The notes beneath the pieces are model-generated. The model did no database searches, was not told where the DNA came from, and saw only the letters and a program-made list of their open reading frames with translations. Position numbers and translations under genes: made by a program. A stretch of DNA of 64,000 bases from contig OZ037768.1 of assembly GCA_964035545.1 (NCBI GenBank), forward strand, positions 15,483,875-15,547,874. The letters are read 5' to 3'. This document shows, one piece after another, positions 24,101 through 34,854 of the stretch (positions are counted from its first letter, which is position 1; each line of letters starts with the position of its first letter). This DNA comes from Bugula neritina. Taxonomy: Eukaryota > Animalia > Bryozoa.

Positions 24101-27100
24101 CAGTAATAGCATATAATTGTGCATAATCGCTTCTACTGACATATTTTATTTTTTTTGAAAATATCATTATTTCAGGAATGTTTCCATGCATATGCGGAGT
24201 GCAGGATGAACATTTTGGGAATGAAAGTTCACATAATAAAGGTGGCAGCTTCCACAACTTAGATTCAAGAGTCCAGCACCTCAACAAAACCAAAACATGG
24301 AAATCGGGCTTTCATAGTGGAAATATTGCTGTTTTCCAAACTCTCAGGGTATGTTGTATATGTGCAACTATATAAATAAGCTTGAAAGTAACTTTTTAGA
24401 AAGAATGTACATTTATTAATTTATTTATTGTATTTAAGACTGAAGAACTCAAAGCAGAACTCCTCAGGAGAAATGTAGCTTTCTCAACTACAGACCAACC
24501 GGCACAACTAAAGAAGCTACTAAATGTCAATCTCAAAGGTAGGCAAAGCTGATGAACAACTAATTATTCATGTGAGCTTCTCTGGTGGAAGAATTTGGCT
24601 ATAAAGGCTAAAGGGTACATTGAATGTGTGTATGTGCAAGAGTGTAGGCTGCCTATATAAAGAGGGTAAATATCATTTGTAACTTACCAACAGGTATCAA
24701 GAGGCCTCCAGCATTACTTTGCTCAAGAATGGAAAATCCAGTGGATATTTCGCAGTATGAAATAGCACTGATGGAGCCATTACATGACTTCAAAAATGTA
24801 ATTAATAGAGTTTTGAAAGAGCTTCCTCATTCTACAGAAGAAAAAGAATTAAAAGTTATGCTATCAAATCTAATTTCTGACATAGAAGGTAAACATTATC
24901 ATTTTGATATAACTGATATTGATGTAAAAGTTTTATAGAAAACAAAATGTATAAATAAAATTTAAAATATTGTGGCATGCCAATATAGTTTATAGAAACC
25001 TAATGGATAAATTCTAAGAATTTATCTAAGAATTGATGTTAGAGCAGTTATGCAATGACAATACAAATTTCCAAATTATATTAGTAGTTCAATGTAGAGA
25101 AAATTATAAATGCAGTTGATAATTGAATCTACACAATGCTGAAAAACCAAGATGTTAGGTAAGAGCTTCTGCCTTTATACAACTGTAACTACCACACTGC
25201 ATGAGTTCTGCATTTTATTACAGCACAAAACCGGGAAATGAAAGGTACAGAGAGTAGAATTAACCTAGTAAAAGTGGCTGTAATGCTAAAACAATTTGAG
25301 TTTTCTCCCGATGGCCGGACAATGTATACAATGCTCCTTTCGCTAATTGAGCTACAAAAATTGGCATACGCTCTTGATACCCAAAGGACACAGAAGAACA
25401 TTTTAAGGGCATACAATCATAGTTTTTTATTTGCCATGAGGTGTATACAGTTATTTAAAGAACCAAAGACATGCAGCAAACGGGCAATGTTTCAGGCCGG
25501 TCCCTGGTAGCAGAAAGTGCTGAAAGGCATTTCCACAAGCTAAGGTACAAGCTGTCATTTGACGGCATATATTTAGGATACTAATATAGTTTGTGAAAAA
25601 TAATTGAATAGTTCAACTTCAATGAAAATAAAAAATGTTTAGTCTCCCAACAACTAATACAACTTCCTAAATTAATTTATTTTAGAGAAATTGCTTTGCG
25701 ATGCTCCAGCAGAGAAGCAAATGATATTATTGCCAAAGCAATGTTCAGGGCAGCTGTGGAGAAAAGAGCTGACAGCACATCAGAGAGCAGCATTGCAGTG
25801 CAAGAGAAACAGATAAACCAGAAAATAAGCAGTTCATCAATTACAAAATCTTGTTGTGGATTATATTTGGGACAAAATACTGTTATCTCAACCAAGTAAG
25901 TTTTAATTATAGCTTGGGGTAGGCCTACTTAACATTTCATATGTAAATAACTATATAGCTACAGCAATAATATTGTGACCTCACCAGCAGTTTGTAATGA
26001 TAAAGCATATTTATTGTAAGAATGCTTTGATCTCTAGATTTCTAACAACACATAGAACTGCAGCTCTGCACCACTTCAAACGAATAGCAGACTACCTAGA
26101 ATTGGGAGAGGGTACGTGGTACACAGTGCGAGAAGGAGCTATAGAGTTCCACGATGGCGATAGCTCTCCCAGTAGCCATGATGCAGGACCTGCATTGGCT
26201 CATTTTCGGTAAATAATATTATTCAAATAGTCAACTGCTTTTATTTTAAGAGACTGATACCTTTTAAAATTTTCAAAGATGTCAGATAAATATATCATTA
26301 ATATTGTTTTTCTGCTAGCTGTTTCTATTTATAAATGCCGCTCCCACGATATGAAAGACATTAACAGCATGTTGGATAATAGCTGGGAATTCTGTGTTCG
26401 AAATAAAAGTTCCTTAAAAATCCCACTTCTCATAGACGAGCAAAGATGTAGTGCAAAAATATTAGGTGGGTAATATTTTAAACATAAGCTTCAATATTCT
26501 TTTGCCTTCTAATATTATTTGCAATACTCTCATAAGGCAGCAATGATGAAAGTTTTGAAAGATCACTCATATTTTGCTAATATAGTTTTTTTATAAACTA
26601 TTTAAATATCAAGGTCAGTTTTAAAGTCTATTATCATTAATATTTTTTTAAAATTACATCTAGAACAACCAGCAACAAGCCAGATCAAACCTAGTATTGG
26701 CATCATAATGAAAGAGTTAGAAGACAACAGAAACCCTGCGCACACTGCATCTATTCTGCAACAGGAAACACTCCAACTGGTTAAGGAAGATAGTCTGTCA
26801 GCTTCTTTTGTGTGTGCTGTCCCCTTACTAACAAAAAGTAAGTACTGCAAAAGTAAATGTAGCTGGACTTTGTCATTATAATTATTTAGTTGCTGCAAGT
26901 CTAAAAATTATTAAAATCAATATCTCAAAAAGCTTAACTCAGTATTACGTTTCATAGTTAGATCACAACTATTCAACAACATTTAATACCACTCCGACTG
27001 CCATGCAAATTGATCTTTCAAATGCATGATATAGACGTAGACTAATTAATGTAAATGAGCAAGTATTGACTTGATCAAAAACTTACAAATTAGCCCCAAT

Positions 27101-27877
27101 AGTCATGTCACACTATAATATAAGTATTGGACAGGACTGAGTTTTGCACAACTTGATTTTGTTCATGTATACTGAGAATTGGCATAGCTGAATGTTGACT
27201 TGATCTGAATTTCTGTGACTATATCCAATTTATATTTATTAAAAAATCTTACCTTTAGATTTGACTCCCAAAAGCATGTTAACACCCAGTACAAGCAACA
27301 AAATGCCGGTTAAAAGCTGTAACAAGTCAGTTTCAGGTGAGTCAAGAAAGTCAACGAAGAATCTCACAACTGATCAACTTTAAATCAACAAAATTATTTG
27401 TTGCTAATAAATAATAAATAATTTATGCATGATGCTACATCCTTCGTGGACTCGGCGGTATTTTAGCCAAAAATATTAATTGTTCAACTACAGTATATTA
27501 GACTGATCGAACTGTTCAACTGCTATTGTGAGTTGTTGCAGATGAGCCTAAACAATTGCTAAAGACAAATGTATATAATTTGTATTTTAGATACTATACG
27601 AAGTATATGGCCATATAGCACAAGTATATTGGAAGACTTTATCAAAGCTAAAAGAGATTGCAAAGACAAAACGATACTTGCTCACAAAATCAAGTGGAGA
27701 GAAGTGTGCAAGAAAATTAGACCATTTTTAACGCAACTATTAGAGAAACTGATAGAAAAGAACAAAGCTGAAACAATGGAAAAGCTTAAAACAAAAGGAC
27801 TATTTGCTCTGGAAGCGGACCCACAAAATTCTTATAAGATAAAATGCATAAATTACTGGTTAAAGCAAATTAGCTAA
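21473..27877 (+). pseudogene. Multi-exon DDE transposase of RAG1/Transib/CMC type with SAP-like insert (frameshifted copy)
   Basis: Hand-built GT-AG model with consistent phases: 21473-22354, 22516-22749, 22837-22990, ~23347-23436, 23538-23626, 23763-23994, 24176-24348, 24439-24538, 24694-24888, 25224-25544, 25686-25895, 26038-26208. Less certain exons follow at ~26341-26466, ~26664-26838, ~27259-27336 and 27590-27877. Motifs in order: LWHDHS (D1), RFFSGDNPARQLEAGQQCGGMFPCICG (D2 plus Cys pair), TEELKAELLRR (SAP-like), EPLHD, AESAERHF (E). Frameshift near 25491. Confidence 0.75.
24011..24098. repeat. (TA)44 microsatellite in intron 6 of the transposase gene
   Basis: Perfect TA run between the donor after 23994 and the acceptor before 24176. 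Confidence 0.98.
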
Positions 27878-28389
27878 AAATAATTTAGAACAGCAATTTA
27901 TGTTGCTGATTGCAAGTGCGGAGCTGTTTTTAATAAGTTTGACCATCTCCATTATCTCTCATCATTTCCATGCATGGAAATTTTATTTTTTTAACGAAGT
28001 GTTATAGAATAACTATAAGTTATTACTTAATAGCTACTGCAGTTATCATAGACAAACTGATGGAGCTCAAATTTAAATTACGTCATGTTAAGTTTAACTC
28101 TATATTGGGATTTATTATTAAAGTTTTAGGGTGCGCCCGTAAAGTTTTATTTATTTTTTTCACATTATAATTGATATTCATATTGTTATAATTTTATAAA
28201 TATAAGGATAAAGTTATGACAATGAATGTAAAACAATTGCATATAAAAGAATGTGGTGCATACTGGACATCATGATTATGATTATCTAAATAATATAAAT
28301 ATGCATCATTGTAACTGCATGTGTAATCATAATGTGTACAACTACAAGTGCAAAATGAAAATAGTGGGCCGAATAATTTATTGATGGGT

Positions 28390-28535
28390 CAATAGTATTA
28401 CTATTAGTGTTAACTATTAGTATTATTACTTATTGGTTATTAGAATTACTATTAATGTTAGACTTTGAACTAGAAGTTAGTAGTAGTTACTGTTAGTGTT
28501 ACTGTTAAAGTCTCTAACTATTATTATTACTGTAT
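28390..28535. repeat. Low-complexity (TATTAC/TATTAG/TGTTAC-like) stretch
   Basis: Degenerate short-period repeats of tatta/tgtta/tagta. Confidence 0.55.
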
Positions 28536-29337
28536 TTAAATTTTAGCAGTTGAACTCAACAAAACTTTGAACCACAAAAACAAAAAATTAAATTAAAATT
28601 TGAAAAGCACAAAATACGATAAAACTTGCATACCAGCAAACATAAGTCTTAGTCTTAGTGAGTGAGTCTTTCCTCCGGTGAGCCAGTTTGATTTTCACAT
28701 TGTTTAAAAGATAAGGGTTTTTTTTAATATTTTTCACAACTAAAATAATTTGATTTTCATAGTGAATGAATATATATTACTTACCAGTAAAAACCGTTCT
28801 TGTCTTGGCATATTATGTATGCTAGATATCATTAATCCAGGTCAAGTCTAGCAAAGTCTCATAGCGCCGTACAATTGCAGTAGCTGTACTAGATTTCCTG
28901 CATCGTAGTAAACCGCAGCTAGAAAGTTGATCACGCAGCACAAGCATGCACAGTTTTAAAGGGGGGTTGTTGGATTTAACATTTTCAAAAGATAAGGGGA
29001 TCTTGCAGTATAAGAAAATTATCTATCAATTCATAATACATCTAAAAACTTAATATGTCTTTAATAAAATAAAATATTCTCTCACCAAGATAGCAAAGAA
29101 AAATTGTTATACATAAATTTTAATCAAATTCCCCCACCCCTGATATAATACTATATTTAGGCTACCCACTTGAAGGCTGCATGCTGGACAACCAGTCACC
29201 TTCGTGATCTTGATTCAAAATAGTATTATAAAAATAAACTAATTGTGTATACTGCAAGCCGAAAGCATAAATTGCTCAAATAACTTAGAAAGCAAGCTGG
29301 CAATAACAAATGCTACTGAATACTATTACATACTAAT

Positions 29338-30219
29338 AGACCATGTAAAACTCAGCCAATCAGCGAAGTGTACCAGGTCAATGTCTTACTATTGTAACTG
29401 ATATAAAATTCTGCAAGTTCAATTGCAAAATGCATGCTTCTAAAAGCTAGTTGTGCAACTTTTTTTTCATGCATTATTTAATTTCATATCTTAAATTGAT
29501 GACTCTTGAAATGATTTTTTAAAATGTCTAAATTAAGTGTTTATAAAACGCAAATAAAAATTGCATGTCTAGAAAAATGACCTGGTACACTTTTGCAACT
29601 TAAGGCCAATTATTACATAACTGCCAGCTTAGTAGTTATTTGTTGTTGCAGCTTGAATGGGTTATTGTTTAGCATTGGAAGCTTGCAGTAAACATCTGTG
29701 AATTTGGTACATGACTTCGATTGGCTGGTTTTTGAATGGCCCTTTAGTATATGCATCTGGATGGCTGGGTAGTGTGGACTCCGCCTACATCTAGCTAATG
29801 TACAGTAGCCAATCCACAGTAGTATTACAAAATTTCTGTTTAACAAATGAAATATTCTGGTCATTTGTTTTGTACTTTACAATAGTAAATATTCTATTCA
29901 ACTAGAATTTTATTGTATGTAAGCCATGGGAACTACTAAGAGGTTAAATCAACCACCCATGCTGGTAATATTGTTGCTAGCAGTAATAGCAAGTCCACAC
30001 AGTATAAATATACACATAAGCTATTATGTGCAGCTTATAAATGCTGAAATGACCCCATTTCTTACTTACAATTTGAAAAAAATTGTATTACATATTCTGC
30101 CACTTCTGCACCAGGAATTTGTTTTCCTTTTAAATTTTGAAAATAGTAGTCAGTTTCTGCAGCAGTCAACTGCATCCACAATAAACAACGTAAGCTTTCA
30201 AATAAACTATAAGTATATG
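29338..30219. repeat. Left long inverted arm of nested element
   Basis: Reverse complement of ~31956-32827, near-identical distally and more diverged in the inner ~200 bp. Confidence 0.92.
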
Positions 30220-30422
30220 AAATATTAAGTGTGGAAACAATGTAATTTAGTTCTTGCTATGATGAAAAATTACAAGAATATTATATTATAAAAGCTAGAT
30301 ATAGATTTCTATAAAATGGCACAGGTAAAAATAACACATTTTTACTTCAAATTTTAAATTTCATCAGTCACCAATGGTGGCTGTAGATTACAGAGAGCAT
30401 AGCAGACTATCATAATCATAAG

Positions 30423-31968
30423 GATGGTCAGCCCACTGAGCAAAATCCAACTCCAACCTTTCATTTGGGTTACCAACGCACTAAAGCATATAATGTAAGA
30501 CGAACAAAAAACAGTGGTTTTAATGAAACATGTGAAGGAAGCAAACAGAAAACGTTATCAACAGAGTCAGCTGATATAGAGCAACAGAACTCATCTGACA
30601 GCCATCCTCATAGTCAGGCTTCATCAGAAGTAACTGAGTTACCAGAATCATCAACTACTCAGAAAAAAAGATCTGCACATTCTATTGATAGACGAAAATC
30701 AAAAGTTGGAAGAAAAGGCTCAAAAAGATCCACGTTTAAACAAAAAGCAGCTATTGAAAAAGTAAAAGTTTTTAAAACTTTCATCACTACAGATGAGCAA
30801 ACTAAATTCTATACTGAAATACCTACACGTTCTCTATACTATTTTTTAGCAAGGTGAAAATTATGATTTTCTTATTGCAAAGATAGACTATGGTTTATTA
30901 CAAATAAACAATGCAAGTCTCACTATGCTAAAATTTCTACATTGATTAAATTTGATGTGTATTAAAACTGTCATTTTAATTAAATTTGTTGCATTGTGAG
31001 TGTATCATTCATACATTTTTTATTAAAGATGTTGTTTTATGTAAGATATTCATAAATACCACAGTGGACATCTGTATGCTTTGACTTATTTAGTTTAGGG
31101 TTTTATTTAAACAAGCAGCAGTATTTTATTTGTGGACAAATTGACTCACTTTCTCTAGGAAAAGTAAATTGTTTTGACTTAAATTTTCCTTGGTTATTTT
31201 AAAGCTTATCAAAAGTGGCCTCCTAATCTAATTTTTAGCTGAAACTAACTCAGTGTTTAAAACTAAAATGGTTTACACTTGTTACTAGTTTCACTTATTC
31301 ACAAACATTATTAAATGCTATTCTAGAAATAATATGGGTTTGAATTAGTTATAGTATAATTATAAAATGAAGTAATAATTGTTTGTCCACAGTATTTGTT
31401 TAAACTCATAACTTCATTCAAAGCATGTATTCATACAACTAGCTTACCATGTACTGTTACAGTATTATGTAACACATGTTGACACACATTACATTCTGTT
31501 TGGATGGTGATATATTGGGTCAAGCCTTCAGCTAGCAGTTCTTGAACTTCATAGTTGTTGCAAAATATAACTGAAGCTACTTACCAGAGGGTAAAAACTG
31601 CTGAATGAATACAAACTAAGCACAAAATTTATTTAGCACATACATTATAATTTGAATCATAATTTAATTTTCATTCTTTATTTTCTATATTTAGATTTAT
31701 ATGTCCGAAGATGAAAGTTCTTATTCTCCAAAAAAAGTTAACAAGACAAGATGAACTTTTATTGGCTTTGATGAAGCTGCGTCAAGGTTTACAGTTTCAA
31801 ATACTTGCTGGCCTTTTTTATATCTCTAGATTGCTAGCAAGCAAAACCTTCAAAAACACATTAGATATTTTAGCAAGAGAACTGAACAATCTAATAGTTT
31901 TTCCAACAAGAGAGAAGCTGAACATCCCTCTGAGCTTTCAAAGCCAATATGCTACCATATATTTATAG
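30423..31968 (+). pseudogene. Truncated THAP-HTH transposase remnant (ISL2EU/Harbinger type), no intact DDE domain
   Basis: DGQPTEQNPTPTFHLGY resembles a THAP C-terminal tail, followed by DEQTKFYTEIP. An in-frame phase-2 intron (30854-31694) joins to KKLTRQDELLLALMKLRQGLQFQILAGLFYISRLLASKTF...LIVFPTRE (HTH_Tnp_4-like). Stop at 31966-31968, at the start of the right arm. Confidence 0.78.
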
Positions 31969-32827
31969 TTTATTTGAAAGCTTACGTTGTGGATGTTGAC
32001 TGCTATAGAAACTGACTACTATTTTCAAAATTTAAAAGGAAAACAAGTTCCTGGTGCAGAAGTGGCAGAATATGTAATACAATTTTTTTCAAGTTGAAAG
32101 TAAGAAATGGGGTCATTTCAGCATTCATAAGCTGCACATACTAGCTTATGTGTATATTTATACTGTGTGGACTTGCTATTACTGCTAGCAACAATATTAC
32201 CAGCATGGGTGGTTGATTTAACCTCTTAGTAGTTCCCATGGCTTACATACAATAAAATTCTAGTTGAATAGAATATTTACTATTGTAAAGTACAAAACAA
32301 ATGACCAGAATATTTCATTTGTTAAACAGAAATTTTGTAATACTACTGTGGATTGGCTACTGTACATTAGCTAGATGTAGGCGGAGTCCACACTACCCAG
32401 CCATCCAGATGCATATACTAAAGGGCCATTCAAAAACCAGCCAATCGAAGTCATGTACCAAATTCACAGATGTTTACTGCAAGCTTCCAATGCTAAACAA
32501 TAACCCATTCAAGCTGCAACAACAAATAACTACTAAGCTGGCAGTTATGTAATAATTGGCCTTAAGTTGCAAAAGTGTACCAGGTCATTTTTCTAGACAT
32601 GCAATTTTTATTTGCGTTTTATAAACACTTAATTTAGACATTTTAAAAAATCATTTCAAGAGTCATCAATTTAAGATATGAAATTAAATAATGCATGAAA
32701 AAAAAGTTGCACAACTAGCTTTTAGAAGCATGCATTTTGCAATTGAACTTGCAGAATTTTATATCAGTTACAATGGTAAGACATTGACCTGGTACACTTC
32801 GCTGATTGGCTGAGTTTTACATGGTCT
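31956..32827. repeat. Right long inverted arm of nested element
   Basis: Reverse complement of 29338-~30219. Confidence 0.92.
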
Positions 32828-34832
32828 ATTGATGCAGTCAAATGAAAATATGTTAGGCTATGTTATGTTAAGGTAAAATTCAGGCCTTAGCTGCATGCAG
32901 TAAATAGATAAATTCTAGCAGAGAACGTACTATCTCTACTTATTTCAAGTTCATATCTACAGTATCACCGCATGCAGATTAGTTTCTGCCAAGTTTCCTC
33001 AACACTGAAGGATCTCATGACTGCAGCTGAGTTAGCAATATTATGCTTGTTGACTAGTTAGAGAGTTTTTTATGACACATTATTTTCATCCTGCAAACTC
33101 TGCCACATTGAAAGGGTTTAATATGACACTGATATTCTTGATGTAAGTGCCTAATTTACTTATCAGTAACAAGTGATTTAGTTGGCCTTCAAGCTCAAAT
33201 CATGAGCTCATTTCAGCTAAAAATAGCTGCACCTTGTCACTGCATATATGAATGGCTGCATGGCCACTGCCTCAGCCATCAACTTCTATTGCAAAACTGC
33301 TACGTGCAATATTTATTCATCAATCAGAAACTATACCTATTTTAAGCTACCAGAGTTTTGTTACTATATAAAGAGTTGCCTACTTATAGGTGCAAAAATA
33401 AAAAAGCCTCAATACCTAGTCTAAATTCTTTAATTTTTTAAGAGATTCTAATTTGAGAACAGGTTGATATTTTATGCTGCATCTCACTGCCTATAATAGG
33501 TCCAATAATTATAGGAAACATATAGGGTTTAATTTCTCAATATCCTCATCACTACACGTACCTCATACTTGGTATACTCATGAAACTGGTAATACGATTT
33601 TTATCAAAATTTGACTATATTTTTAAAAATAAAGTTATACAATTACTATTCAATTAGTTAAGAATTTCCTCCAACAACTTTTGTAGAAGCGGAGGTTTTT
33701 TAAAACTTTAAATTAGCAATGCAATAAGCTTGGTTATAAATCTATTATTAGTATAATTTATATTACCTTACAGAACAACAAATTTGCTTTTAAATCGCGC
33801 ACAAAAGCTATAAAACTTGGTGGCTACTACATCTCACTAGCATTATAAGGTGCTTAGGTTTTTAAGCTGCATAAACTATAATTGCTAAACTGTTTTGTGC
33901 TGAAAATGTATAGGCTAAAGAGTATACACTTGCACTCAGCTAGCTTGGAAGCTCTGCAGTAGAATAATGAAATTTTTGTCTCGCTTTGAAATGTTTCTGA
34001 TGTTGCGTTGGGACACTTTGGCTCAGAGGTGTGAAGCTGAAACTCTCAAAAAATATTATTAGATCAGAAACTGATATTTCAAATATATTTTGTTTGATTT
34101 GTGTCTCTTATGTGTGGTTCTACAGACTTCAAAAACTGCTTCATAACTTTATACAACTAAAATCTAAAATCGGGGTATAGCTAGACTACACATTTTACAG
34201 CCTCGCAGCTGTAGGCAGTACAGCAACTTTGCAACCACCGAGATTTACTACCCTACAATATTTAGTAACCAGTCTCGTACTATGTAACTGGTTTAGCACA
34301 GAGATGAACTATAACCCTTTGGTTTAGCGCGCAAACAACATGAATCATAGGTCGCGTGAGCTCCCTGTAATCATTATGATAGCTAGCAGCGCAGCGCAGC
34401 TCTACTGTGTTCAGCCAAGCATGCAGACTAAGGGGAAGCAAAATTTCTAATAAAATCAGTGTATAAATTACATGTTTACACTTATTCTATTGAAGCTATG
34501 CAGAAAATTTGAAAAGGTTCCAATAGACAAATATCTTATCACTCCATAACTCAGTTTTTGAAAAAATATATCAAATAGCAATTGAGTTATATTTCGGGCA
34601 CTGAGACCATGTTTTTTTGAGCAAAAATGGGTAAAATCTGGTAGTTTTTCGGGCATAAAAGTACAACAGATAAGACAAATGAAAGTTTTAAAAAAGGTTC
34701 CAATAGAGCAGCAAGAGATATACAACATAGTTTTTGAATTTTGTTTCTAGACTCAAAATTATTCAAGTTATGAGTTGGGCACTGTTTCATATATGATTAT
34801 AATGGAGCAATGAAATTACTGATTCAGTAGAA

Positions 34833-34854
34833 GGATGACCTTAATCAAGCTGTG
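34833..34854 (-). repeat. Right TIR (read inward: CACAGC-TTGA-TTAAGGTCATCC)
   Basis: GGATGACCTTAATCAAGCTGTG, followed by TSD CA (34855-34856) and resumption of satellite. Confidence 0.92.

Larger units (their letters stand above)
29338..32827 (+). mobile_element. Nested non-autonomous ISL2EU-like (PIF/Harbinger group) element, 3490 bp, with ~870-bp inverted arms and AT TSD
   Basis: aAT|AGACCATGTAAAACTCAGCC...GGCTGAGTTTTACATGGTCT|ATt. Mirror ORFs 29613..29864(-) and 32301..32552(+) are exactly symmetric about the element centre. Internal THAP-tail and HTH transposase remnants are present. Confidence 0.88.
18958..34854 (+). mobile_element. Large (15.9 kb; ~12.4 kb without nested insert) cut-and-paste DNA transposon, CMC/Transib/RAG1-like DDE group, 2-bp TSD
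   Basis: Satellite is interrupted exactly at taacaCA|CACAGC...GCTGTG|CAtgccc. The empty site ccagattagctaacaCAtgcccaaatg recurs elsewhere (e.g. ~36602, ~43261, ~48291). 22-bp TIRs and an internal multi-exon DDE gene are present. Confidence 0.9.

Noticed and set aside
23868-24293. ORFs with IYIYIY runs
   Set aside because: These are read-through of the intronic (TA)n microsatellite. Only 23763-23994 and 24176-24348 are plausible exons.
21473-27877. Calling the gene RAG1, or the element ProtoRAG/Transib
   Set aside because: The TSD is 2 bp rather than 5, and I see no RING or nonamer-binding domain and no RAG2-like gene. Only the motif order is shared, so no gene symbol is assigned.
34468-34790. 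Two overlapping minus-strand ORFs near the right TIR as a second gene
   Set aside because: They are short, lie in AT-rich subterminal repeat sequence, and show no motif or splice support.
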